Source: Octopus sinensis (Eukaryota). Taken from it: DNA of 64,000 nucleotides. Location of the stretch: NCBI RefSeq assembly GCF_006345805.1, contig NC_043010.1, positions 39,494,001 to 39,558,000 of the forward strand, read 5' to 3'. This document shows positions 51,563 to 64,000 of this stretch, in pieces. Each line of letters starts with the position of its first letter. The first letter of the stretch is position 1. Both the position numbers and the translations under genes were made by a program. Under the pieces are notes generated by a model. The model saw nothing but the letters and a program-made list of their open reading frames with translations. It ran no database searches and had not been told where the DNA came from.

Positions 51563-51624
<62 letters not shown>

Positions 51625-51676
51625 ATCTATCTATCTATCTATATATATATAATATATATATTATATAGACTATATA

Positions 51677-51738
<62 letters not shown>

Positions 51739-51987
51739 ATATATTATATATATATATACTTGAAATTTACAGAAACACAAACGACTGTGGCAAGTGCATG
51801 AACAATAAGCAAGTGTATTAGTTGACACTCGGGAAAACTGAAAATGTCTTTAACCTTTCGAGCCGACGCTCATCAACAGAACGGAATATGAGAGAATAAA
51901 CAGGAAGAATGAAAAAAAAACTTGTAGGTTTCAGCAGATCAATATGGCAATATGTATATATGTATATATATATATATATAATATATA

Positions 51988-52026
<39 letters not shown>

Positions 52027-52377
52027 TTATTCTTTACTTGTTTCAGTCAATTGACTGCAGCCATGCTGACGCACCGTCTTTAATAGAGCAAATCGACCCC
52101 AGGACTTATTCTTCGTTGTCAAGCGATGTTGGAGAGGGGGCGCAAAGGCATACACACAATCACACACATACACACGCACGCACACGCTCTTATACGACGG
52201 ACTTCTTCCAGTTTCCATCTACCAAATCCACTCACAAGGGTTTGGTCAGCCTGAGGCTACAATAGAAGACACTTGCCCAAGGTGGAGTGGGACTGAACCC
52301 GGAAGCATATTGTTGGTAAGGAAGCTACTTACCACGCATTTACTCCTGTGCCTATATATATATTTTTACATGAATTA

Positions 52378-52443
52378 ATATTTAGTAGAAGTAGCAGAGT
52401 GACACAAGAAACTTGAGTAACTCTGTTACTTCTACTAAATATA
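52378..52443. repeat. Roughly 65-bp imperfect palindrome
   Basis: tttagtagaagtagcagagtgacacaag pairs with cttgagtaactctgttacttctactaaa (3 mismatches). Confidence 0.85.
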
Positions 52444-52535
52444 TATATAGAATATAAATATACTCATATTTTCAGTTGTACGTTTCGGGTTTGCATCAAC
52501 ATACCCGTAAAATATAGATAGATAGATAGATAAAT

Positions 52536-52624
<89 letters not shown>

Positions 52625-52911
52625 AAGAGATAGATATGTTTCTTTATTAGCCACATAGGGCTGCCCACAAGACAGGACAAAATTGCAAGGTAGAGCTTTT
52701 CTTTTGGGTGTAAAAGAAGGGGGTTTGGTTTGGATCGTAAATGGAAAGAAAGAGGACAAAATAAGGAGGGGATATAATTAAAGAAAAAAAGGTGGGGGAA
52801 GGAAAAAAAAAGATAGATTGATTGATAGATAGATAGAGAGAGAGAAAGAGAGAGGCAGACGGACAGACAGATACATAGATAGATAGATAGATAGATAGAT
52901 AGATGATAGAT

Positions 52912-52956
<45 letters not shown>

Positions 52957-53497
52957 CATCTCATTAGTTACTCATTGAATTACGCAATTGAACTTCCAAT
53001 TACCATACACTGATTCAAGTTTTAAAATTTCTTTTAAACTGACATTTGTAAAATGCTCGAGACTTTATGCAATTTATTCTTGAAATAGCTTCACACTTGG
53101 CCTTTTCGAACTCTTGCCAATTAGGTACATTAATTCGTTTGAGTAATTAAGCAAGTGTGTTTTACTGAAGTCCACCACACCAGAAATTCTACCTGTTGAT
53201 TATCTGCTAATGTTTTCAAATCAAGGATTCGATTTCGTTGTTCTTTTCGCTCTTTCTTCATAGATATTATCAAAATATTTCTTGTGAAACAATCATCTTT
53301 TAATTTTTAACTGTTTCATTGATTTGCGCCGGCCAGGCTGGGGCACCGTCTTGAATGGGTTTAGTCGTACAAATCGACCCCAAGACATTGTTTTTCAAAA
53401 ATCTAGTACGATTTTATCGGTCTGTTTTGCCGAAACACAAATAGCGGTGTATTGTTTACGGGGACGTAAACAAAGTAACTTCGCTTGTCAAGTGATG

Positions 53498-53585
<88 letters not shown>

Positions 53586-53955
53586 TATATATATATATAT
53601 ACATTAATATATATATATATATATACATATATATACATATATTTATAAAAGAAGATTTAGAAAACGGAGATGTAGCATTAATATTAATGCTACATTTCCA
53701 TTTTCTAAATTTTCTCTTGAATATTTATAAACCAAGATTTATATTTAGACCGCTTATTCTATGAATATTACTTTTCACAAAAAACAATAAGCAATGAACC
53801 AGTAATTCGCTTAGCCACCGGGGTGGCGTCATTCAAAGGCTAAAACAATGCGAACGCATTGTGACCAGCGATGTGTAACAACATCTGATGGTCTGGTCGG
53901 TCACGTGATCACGTGATAATATTATATAATATATATAACCATACATACATATAAG

Positions 53956-53996
<41 letters not shown>

Positions 53997-54004
53997 TTAC
54001 ACTG

Positions 54005-54195
54005 ACTTTGTCAGTGAACAGGTCGCGGATTTTAGCGACGAAAATATTTTGACAATTAAACTTAAATGTTGAAGTGAATCGAACGGCTTTTGTGTGTTTC
54101 TTAAATGGCTATAAACACATTCCACGCTGCAATTGTTTTCGTTTCAGCACACGATCTCAGATCAAATTACTTGCTATGCGAGTACATCTCCGTAA
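54005..54195 (+). mobile_element. Short terminal fragment with a degenerate hammerhead-like fold; same family as 60117-60437
   Basis: TTGTCA-GTGAACA-G-GTCGC..GCGAC-GAAA-ATATT-T-TGACAA. The downstream 140 bp matches 60290-60437. Confidence 0.6.
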
Positions 54196-54210
54196 TATAT
54201 ATATATATAT

Positions 54211-54242
<32 letters not shown>

Positions 54243-54274
54243 CCTTATCCTCATTTATCCTCCTCATCCACACA

Positions 54275-54369
<95 letters not shown>

Positions 54370-54401
54370 TATATAATACATATAATATATATATATATAT
54401 A

Positions 54402-54447
<46 letters not shown>

Positions 54448-55559
54448 TATATGTACGCGAGGGATTCTTTTAGCTTCCTCTACCAAATGCACCCTGAAGG
54501 TTATTGTTGGCCCAAGACTACAGTAAGAAACCACCAGCTCAACGTGTCACGCAGTGGGACATTAACAATATATGCAAAAAGAGTAACTGAACAGCGTGAG
54601 TGTGATCAAAAATGACTGTCATTACCACAGTAAATATATTCCACTAACTATTGTACAGGTGTAACTTAACATATCTTATTGCTGTTCAATGTAAGTTAGT
54701 CATTTCACGCATTTGAAACTTCACTAGGAACAAAAGCTCAGCAACAAACAGAAAATCTGTTTTCCATAAATTCATTGTCAGAATTATTTAAAGTATGCTA
54801 AGCAGCTTATCCTGCCCGCGCGATTTCTCCGAGCATCGTGTGCTTCTATACACTTTTTAAAATAATATATTTAATCTAAGGATATGTTTTCCTTCGGTTT
54901 CATCTTTAAGCTTTCTAAACAATCCTTTGAATTTTTCGTACCTAACAAGTTTAACGGAGTAATGCCATTTAGATCTTAAATTTATTAGAGCGATTAGAAA
55001 TATATACACCATTCAGGTCTTTTGTTAGCTGCAATAAATAAGTAATCCTTTCTACACTTATCTCAATATTCATTTTATTTCTTGAAAAGCGCTTTCATCT
55101 ATTGACGAAAAGCTTAGGCAGAGTTTATTAAGTATTGCAATTTGAAGAGAAAGCACATTGGTTTATATGCCGTGTAACCATACTTCCATGAAAATCGATT
55201 GCTTAATGATGGTGTATGTCATAATTCTAACCAATTAGCAGTCGTATAAAACTTGTTAAAAGTACATTATTATCATTTACAAGTATAGATATGAGTAGTT
55301 TATAAATCCGTTATCTTTTACTTGTTTCAGTCATTGGATTGCGGTCAGTGCCTTGAGGGGTGTTAGTCGAAGGATTGAACGCTCGTACTGACATTTCTTA
55401 AAGCCTGGTACTCATTCTATTATTTTATATTTTTTGCCGAACCGCTATGCTAGAAGAATGTAAACAAAGCAGTACCGTATGTATGTATGTATGTATGTAT
55501 GTATGTATGTATGTATGTATGTATGTGTGTGTGTGTGTGTGTGTGAAAGAGTCAAGAAA

Positions 55560-56100
55560 GGACAACCAAAAGGAGCATAAACGAAAACAAGGGATGAAAC
55601 AGCCGAAGAAAAAAGCTAATTTGACTGCTCATATGACAACAAGGATAAAAAGAGATAGCACACACGAATATGTAAATTATACTTGAAAGGTGTCTGCGGG
55701 CATGCAGAGGGAGATGCAAACTTCCATTTTGCACACCAGAGACCCTGCCACATGAACATGAAACAAGATGGAAGCTACCTGCCAAAAGAAAAGGATCACG
55801 TACCACCTGCCCTTAAACGGAAATACGCAGATACAGTGCGCGCTACAAACTAATTTTATTAACATGTTATTGAAAGGGCAGCTGCTGAACAACAAACATT
55901 TTGTGTATGACACAAAACATTATACAGTAACTGACCTGGCTCTATCGATCTCACAGATGGGACTCTCACAAATACACATACCACAGTATGTTGTATAACT
56001 GACCGACAGTAAACAAAGGAGTCACGGTGGAGTTGCTATGTACATACACGAAGACTTCACACTCCATCTGCTTTTGTCACACACAAATCCAGCATGTGAC
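55560..56100 (+). mobile_element. Decayed 5' part (ORF1 and start of APE) of the CR1-like family at 22-26 kb, internally deleted
   Basis: gaaagggcagctgctgaacaacaa, gaccctgcca and ccacagtatgttgta...aaggagtcacggtggagttgctatgtacat match 23030-23230 and 23495-23560. Confidence 0.8.
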
Positions 56101-57224
56101 ACACACACATACAAACACTCACACTCACAATATATTTATGTATATATATATATATATATATAATCTAAATCTTATCATTATTTATATATATATATATATT
56201 TATAAGCACAAACACACGAAAGAATTCTTTCAGTCTCTGTGAACTAAATGCTACTCACAAGGTCGATCCGGGTCATCGACAACAGACACATAACCAATGT
56301 GTTACTGAACCCAGAACCAATGGAAGAATAAAATTATTTCATGCAATTTCTCAAGTATTTAATAATATAACACAATCCTTAAAACGCAAAAGTGAATGAT
56401 CGAAACTTGAAGTAGAAAACAAATTTGGGAATACAAAAATACAAGAACAATGTAAGATAGAGTAAATATATCCTGGAAAATTTTCAGGAACAAAATGAGC
56501 CCAAACAACCACATTTGATCTGAAAGTAAGCGCTTGTTTGTAAAACATCTAAATAATTTCTCCAAACGTGAGGAAATTATTAGTTTAGAAGAACTGAAAG
56601 ATTATAGAATGAAACAGATAGACGAAAGATAGCTTTCAGAGTATTGTTGGTGAAAACTACTGTTCATGCTTGTGTGTGTGTATGTATGTGTGTGTGAGTG
56701 TGTGTATGAGCGCCTGCATCCTTGCGTGTTTCTACATACACATAGTGATAGCTGTGTGTGTGTGCACGCAAGTATTTGATGACATATTTATATATACAGT
56801 TCATTGTAAACATACAATGCATCTCATAAAAAGTGCTTAGTTTACACAACAAAACTATCTGTTCTTAGCGATAGTTAATCAACTTCTATGATACTGAGAG
56901 GAAAATAAATGTTTTCAAGGGAACATTGGCATACAATTACGGACGAACAATCGTGATGTATCTTTTTATTGTTCCATTTAGATTTAATTCACCAACCAAT
57001 ATAAAGCTTTCCTCACATTTATTATGAACGGTAATGGTTCTTTTTAGTACACAAATGAATAATTCAATTCAATGACTAGATCATCTGCATGCATTCATGT
57101 GTGTGTGTGAGTGTGTGTGTAAATTAAGAGTGCAGTGAACTTGCTGTAAGGAGTAGAAAATATGACTTGCCGACGACTCAACACTAGTATCTTGGAGTTT
57201 CTTTCATTTGGGATAGCTGTTTGA

Positions 57225-57635
57225 TAAGTCGCTTGCGTACCAACCGCATTGTTCCGGGTTCAGTCCCACTGCGTGGCATCTTGGACGTGTGTCTTCTACC
57301 ATATCCTCGGGCCGACCAAAGCTTTGTGAGTGAATTTGGTAGACGGAAACTGAAAGAAGACTGTCGTATATATGTATATATATATGTGTGTGTGAGTGTG
57401 TGCGTGCGCGTGTAAGTATATGCCTGTGTGTTTGTGTTTGCCCCCCCCCACCAAATCGCCTGACAACCGATGCTGTTGTGTTTACGTCCCTGTAACTTAG
57501 AGGTACCGCCAGAGACCGATAAAATAAGTACTAGGCTTACAAAGAATAAGTCCTAGGGTCGATTTGCTCGACTAAAGGTTGTGATCTTGCATGGGCGCAG
57601 TCAAATAACTGAGACAAGGAAAAGAATAAAAGAAT
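57225..57635 (+). mobile_element. CORE-like tRNA-derived SINE (another decayed copy at about 57848-58260)
   Basis: gttccgggttcagtcccactgcgtggcatcttggacgtgtgtcttct...ggtagacggaaactgaaagaag...gcatgggcgcagtcaaataactgagacaag. Confidence 0.85.
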
Positions 57636-58992
57636 ATATATATATACGTATATATATTATAAATAAGGGTATCTAAGATATAACACCATGCTTAAAATAG
57701 CAGTCAAAACCTGACTCTCAAACCACATCAAGTGTTCAATACAGCACGAGTTAAATAGATAAATAGACAAATAAAACTAATAAAAAATTGGATGATTTCA
57801 GACCCTGGGTTTCTACTCACATAGACAGCTAGCGTATTACGTAATCACAGGTGTGTCTGAGTGGTAAAAAACTTGATTCCCAACTACATGGTTCCGGGTT
57901 CAATCACCCTACATGACACCATGGGCAAGTGTTTTCTACTATAGCTTCGGGCCGATCAAAGCCTCGTGAGTGGATTTCGAAGACAGTAACTGAAAGAAGC
58001 ATATCGTATGTGTGTGTGTGTGTGTGGTTGTTTGTGGTGGGTATCTTTGTGTCTGTGTCTCTACTACCACTTGACAACCGGTGCTGGTATATTTATATGC
58101 CCCCTAACATAGCCGTTCGGAAATATATATATATCGATAGGCAAATGATGAGACTTGAAAATGTGTAGCAGGATCCTTGTTTTCGATGGAAATATCTTCA
58201 GGTCGCTGTGCCCCTGCTTGGACATATTGTAAGAACTTTAACAAGTAAAAGAATAAATAAATGTCGTACATTTTATTATTATTGTTGAGACGCCGCAGTC
58301 CATTTGACAAATCATTGTTTTTTCTTCTTTTATCTCATCCGATTTCCTTATATTCCGTTTCCAAAGTTCCTTCGTTGTTCCTATTGACTATTGCGTTAAC
58401 CATGGTATCTTTTCCATTATTTGTATTGAGATCAATGGCATTGTTCGATCTGTCCATCCTTTTGTCCTTTTTGTCAATTTTGATATTTTATCCAATTTCA
58501 TTAAATTGTTATTCCATTTTTTTTTTCATTTCTTTATCGAATATGTCCAAGTCTTGTCTCAAGTAAATATCATTATTCTGTTGTTTTCTCTATTATTATA
58601 CTTATGTTCTAACTAAGTTGCAATACCTTTGTTAGTCATATTATAGTTCCTGGTCGACTTCAACGGTTCTTATATTGAATTCGATCATCTTCTGTCTCTA
58701 CTAATACGGCTTTTGCTGTGTTTACGAGTACAAATGTAAGTTCTTGCTATGGAAAATAATTTAAAACCATAAATCTATTCTGTTGTCCGCAGTGCGAAAA
58801 CTTCGGTTTATCTATATTTTTGAGTAATTAGGAATTCTTTTTAATGTTGCACACTTCACCTACTCACACACCCACACATCACAAGCACACAAAAACGTTC
58901 TCCCCCATACACGCACATATAAACATACATACACATATATATCCCTATATATATAAATATAAGTGTGTTTTATGTACATATATATATATATA

Positions 58993-59755
58993 TCTTATTA
59001 TAAAAGGCAGATTTTATCTGCCTCCCTTTGGGAGTTATAGAAATCTACAATAAAGGATTTCTTCAATTACAATTTACCTAGCATTTTTAAGAGTACAATG
59101 CATCGCGTCATGCCAGGTCCAGTTTTTAAAATTTAAACTCCAATTAAGCAAAATTTACAGAAAACTCACATTCTGGTGTGTGTGTGTCAAATGCTTTTCT
59201 TAGTCTGGTTTACACCACACGCAAACGCACACACACAGTGGGCAACGAATAAAATGAAAGTAATTCACTTACTGTAGTGAGTGATTCTTTCACTCTGCCT
59301 CCCACTTCCTCTTTCCACACATAGACACGCAAATATATAAATAAAAGTGTAAGCTAACGTGCGTGTGTGTCAGTGTGTGTGTGTGTGAGGGTGCGTGTGT
59401 GTGTGTGTGTGTGTGTGCGTGTGCGTGAGTGTGTGACAGGAAAGTTTTTTACGACGAATATAAGACCTATATCCAAGTAGCAGAAAGATAAGACAGTAAG
59501 GTGTGATTTGAGGTAGATTTGGCTGCTATTTCTACCATGTCTAGCTGCCATGTAGGGGTCTCCCTCATAGACTCATACATACATATATACATAGATAAGA
59601 CAGTAAGGTGTGATTTGGGGGAAATTTGGCTGCATTTCTACCAGGTCTAGCTACCATGTAGAGGTCCCCCTCATTGGCTCATATATATATACATACATAA
59701 GACAGTAAGGTGTGATTTGAGGGAGATTTGGCTGCTGTTTCTACCAGGTCTGTTA
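58993..59755 (+). mobile_element. Helitron-like 5' fragment with three internal tandem repeats of about 105 bp (59488-59750)
   Basis: Starts A|TCTTATTATAAAAG. ataagacagtaaggtgtgatttg...atttggctgc..tttctacc occurs three times. No 3' CTAG or hairpin seen. Confidence 0.55.
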
Positions 59756-60116
59756 GGCCTTCTCATGTAAACTCAAGCTTTCTCATGCCTTGAACATAAG
59801 ACCAAAGCAGAGAATGTATTATTTTATTCTTCTGCTTTTTCCAGCCATTGGTCTGTGGCCATGCTGGGGCAATGCCTTGAAGAATTGTAGTTTAATGAAT
59901 CAACTCCAGTTTTATTTTTGTAAGCATTGTACTTATTCTATCTGTTTCCTTTGTCAAACCACTAGGTGACAGGGATGTAAACAAACCAACATTCGTTGTC
60001 AAGCAGTGGTGGAGGACAATCACAAGCACAGACACGCACACACACACACTTACATGCATACACATATACACACATACATACATACATACATATATATATA
60101 TGTGTGTATATATATA

Positions 60117-60437
60117 TTGCAGCGTGGAAGGTGTTTGTAAGCCATTTAAGAAACACACAAAAACCGTTACATTCACTTCAACATTTAATTTTATTTGCCA
60201 AAATATTTTCGTCGCTTTGAGACCGCGACCTGTTCACTGACAAAAATATCGTGCTAACAGGTCGCGGTCTCAAAGCGACGAAAATATTTTGACAAATTAA
60301 ATTTAAATGTTGAAGTGAATCTAACGGTTTTTGTGTGTTTCTTAAATGGCTTATAAACACATTCAACGCTGCAACTGTTTTCGTTCCAGCACACGATCTC
60401 AGATCAAGTCACTTGCTGTGCAAGTACATCTCTGTAA
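60117..60437. repeat. Long inverted repeat (about 118-bp arms, about 21-bp spacer): head-to-head pair of the 54005 fragment
   Basis: 60117-60234 is the reverse complement of 60256-60374 with few mismatches. The right arm continues to 60437. Confidence 0.9.
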
Positions 60438-60564
60438 CTATATATATATTTTTATATATATATATATTTGTATATATGCATATATATATATATATGTATA
60501 TTGGTAAAAACAGTAAGATAACAAAAGAAAGAAAGAGACCTCAATATTATGTAAATAGAGGAAA

Positions 60565-60958
60565 TCTTTATATATAAAAGTGAGGTTGTGTGTCTGTCTC
60601 CTACGATTTAGATTCCTAACTACTCCCACATTTTGCGGTGCAGTTTAACCAAAACCGGGTATCTTATAGTCGTGATTCATATCTAGACCGTCTGGGTATT
60701 AGCGCGCGTCTACGATGAGTCTACGATTTAAAAAAAAATTACCATCAATTTTTCCCATGTTTAATCCATTTTTGACATATATAAGGGAAGTAACTCTCTA
60801 AAATTTATTATTAAATCTCAGAACGTAAAAAGCTACAGTAACACCCCTCCGCCTTTGTGGTTAGCCATATTGAGATGGCTATTATACTTTACATCTCTAA
60901 AAATGGTTATATAATTATTTCCCTTACAAACCCGAGCAACGCCGGGCGATACTGCTAG
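60565..60958 (+). mobile_element. Non-autonomous Helitron
   Basis: A|TCTTTATATATAAAAG start, hairpin CCCG-agcaacgc-CGGG at 60931-60946, CTAG|T end. Confidence 0.85.
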
Positions 60959-61130
60959 TATATATATATATATATATAAATGTATGTATGTATGTTTGTA
61001 TCTATATATATATATATATATGTTATATTTAGGAATGGTCATGTTGCCAGATTAGCCAATAAAAGCACATGCACTATATATTTGGTGTTAATTTGCTTCA
61101 GCTTTATTTATTTTTTATGCTAATCTAAAT

Positions 61131-61175
<45 letters not shown>

Positions 61176-61291
61176 ATATATATATGAAAAATTGTCCGAT
61201 GAACGGCAAAGGGAAACTCAGAGTAACAGGTTTTGTTGAATTTTCTGCTGCTTTAAATAAAGTATATATATAATATATATATTTGTATATA

Positions 61292-61327
<36 letters not shown>

Positions 61328-61372
61328 CACATCTATCTAACATTTCGATATATGTATATATATGTATATATA

Positions 61373-61479
<107 letters not shown>

Positions 61480-61634
61480 ACATAATGTATATTATAGATT
61501 TGTAGATAAAAACAATTTGAGTCAGAATCTTTTGTACTCAATTTTCAATTACGTTGCTAGTCTTCGGTTATACAAAACAAAAGAAGGCAAAAACTGGGGA
61601 CTTTCAGTCGATGAATATTTAAGTATAAATACTC

Positions 61635-62205
61635 TTTTACTCTTTTCCTTGTTTCAGCCATTTGACTGTGGCCATGCTAGAGCACCGCCTTTAGTTGAGC
61701 AAATCGACCCTAGAACTCATTCTTTGTCAGTCTAGTACATTTTCTATTGGTCGCCTTTTGCCAAACCGCTAAGTTACGGAGACGTAAACACGACAGCATC
61801 GGTTGTCAAGCGATGTTGGGGGACAAACACAGACACACAAACACACACACACACGCATATATATACATATACATATATACGACGGTCTTCTTTCATTTTC
61901 CGTCTACCAAATCCACATTCCGTCCACCATCTTGTGGCTTTGATCAGGTGTACTTATTCTTTTGCCGAGCCACCAGTTTACGAGGACGTGGACACAACTG
62001 AATCGGTTGTTAAGCGATGGATGGTGGACAGACACAGAAACAAACATACACACATACATACATGCATATATATATATATACACGACAGCCTTCTATCCGT
62101 TTCGGTCTACCAAATCCACTCACAAGGCTTTGGTCGGCCCGAGGCTATAGTAGAACGCACTTGCCCGTAACCATGTGGTTCGTAAGCAACCACTTCTGCG
62201 CCTAT
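61635..62205 (-). mobile_element. Two tandem or partially duplicated CORE-like SINE copies
   Basis: Tail ttgtttcagccatttgactgtggccatgctagagcaccgcctttag; two gtctaccaaatccac cores; head ccatgtggttcgtaagcaaccacttctgcgcc. Confidence 0.8.
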
Positions 62206-62435
62206 GATATATATATAAGCGCAAATTCTATAAACAAAACATTGCAAAGAAAAATTTTCATGAATTGAACAGCGACTGCTACTATCCACTGACGGTCATT
62301 AGCTGACCATTCAAAATACTACTGACATGGCACTCCCACATTCTTCTTCTTCTTCTTCTTCTTCTTCTTCTTCTTCTTCTTCTTCTTCTTCTTCTTCTTC
62401 TTCTTCTTCTTCTTCTTCTTCTTCTTCTTCTTCTT

Positions 62436-62490
<55 letters not shown>

Positions 62491-62770
62491 CCCTTCTCCT
62501 CCTCCTTCTTCTTCTTCCCTACCAAGAATTCACAACGACCTCGAACCCACAAGAGTAAACAAGAGAGACAGAGACAGGCAAGAACAAGGAAGATGCCACT
62601 TGTATTTGAACACTATACAAATATACTTTTAAGATAACTTTTCTTTTAATTTTTCTAAATTTAATTATTTAATTGTTACAGTTGAAAAAGTCTGAATGAC
62701 TGAAACCAGTACTGAAATGTTTTTTATTAAATTATTTTAGCATTTTCTATCTTGACTTTTTTTTCCATAT
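62206..62770 (+). mobile_element. Solo Penelope-type 3' region (pseudo-LTR) related to 12180-12750, containing (TTC)n(TAC)n
   Basis: Shared blocks gtatttgaa.actat, agttgaaaaagtc.....gactgaaacc..tact.aaatgtt and tattttagcattttct; (TTC)n in the same relative position. Confidence 0.65.
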
Positions 62771-63077
62771 GTGTACCGTGCTTGTGTCCTGACATCGCTT
62801 CTCTACTCATGTGAGACATGGACTCTGTACAAACGTCAGGTGAGTGTCCTTGAACGTTTTCATCGGAGATGTCTCAGACACATTCTCAATGTTGGCTGGA
62901 CCTCAAAAATTCCAGACACACAGATCCTGAGGACAGCTGATATCTTGAGTATTGAGGCGATGGTGCACAAGCACCGGTTGCGTTGGACTAGACACCTTAT
63001 TAGAATGAAGGATAGAATGATTCCTAAGCATATACTCTATGGAGAACTTGTGAATGGAAGGCGACTCCGGCAGAAAC
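62771..63077 (+). mobile_element. Internal fragment of an RTE (BovB-like) LINE ORF, region after the RT domain
   Basis: YRACVLTSLLYSCETWTLY...LERFHRRCLRHILNVGW...RLRWTRHLIRMKDRMIPKHILYGEL. Confidence 0.88.
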
Positions 63078-63082
63078 ATACA

Positions 63083-63116
<34 letters not shown>

Positions 63117-63173
63117 CATAGATTGATAGATGGAAAGATAAATAGATACATAGACTGATAGATAGAAAGATAA

Positions 63174-63258
<85 letters not shown>

Positions 63259-63572
63259 CATGTGTATAATCATGTAATGTAAAGATATAGAGATTGGGTG
63301 ATGAGAGATGAAGGAGAGACAAACAGAAATCAATAGATGAACGAACACATTATGTAACACAGCGAAGGTATATGATTCAATTCTTTCACCATAAAGTTAC
63401 ATTTCCTGATTGGCTTCAAATCGAACGTGGTGTTGCAGCCCCTTCGAGAGGATGTGATGATATAGCAAGCAAGCGTTCATGAGTTTGACGCATTTGGGTC
63501 ATATTCAATTTCGTTGAAACTGATGTTGAAACACCGTGCTTGTTCTGACAGCATCTTGATTTGAAATATACA

Positions 63573-63608
<36 letters not shown>

Positions 63609-63630
63609 TATATGTATATGCGTATGTATG

Positions 63631-63664
<34 letters not shown>

Positions 63665-63699
63665 CATGTATATATATATATAAATGTATGTATATATAT

Positions 63700-63782
<83 letters not shown>

Positions 63783-63806
63783 GCATATATATACACATAC
63801 ATATAT

Positions 63807-63877
<71 letters not shown>

Positions 63878-64000
63878 TATAAGTATGTATGTATACATCT
63901 ATGTCTGCACTATATGTGTTCAGAATAATGAGTTTTCGCTAAATATTTGGCATTTTGCATAGCAGCAACCTTGTGCAAAAGAATTAATTATTTCTGTATA

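Overview
AT-rich, microsatellite-dense eukaryotic DNA made almost entirely of transposon-derived sequence. The SINE families, the (TA)n/(GATA)n/(TAA)n load and the Penelope, CR1, RTE and Dong relics suggest an octopus or other cephalopod genome (inference). Nearly all short ORFs in the track are microsatellite translations. Recognisable content: a near full-length CR1-like LINE (about 22.3-26.4 kb; CCCH-finger ORF1, APE+RT ORF2 with two frameshifts), two decayed Penelope-like elements (8.3-12.75 kb), fragments of CR1, RTE and Dong/R4 elements, non-autonomous Helitrons, and dozens of tRNA-derived SINEs. The main result is at 13626-15457: a 488-bp tandem repeat with an inverted arm. Each complete unit carries an intact-looking type I hammerhead ribozyme with an unusually long stem II, and the rest of the unit folds into a branched structure. 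This is a candidate retrozyme (circular RNA-producing element). It sits in (TA)n with the same head-to-head geometry as the neighbouring Penelope element. About ten more minimal or degenerate hammerhead-like motifs are scattered beside microsatellites. A weak phase-compatible chain of minus-strand exons (38.1-48.7 kb) may be a lineage-specific host gene. All alignments and folds were done by eye and element boundaries are approximate.
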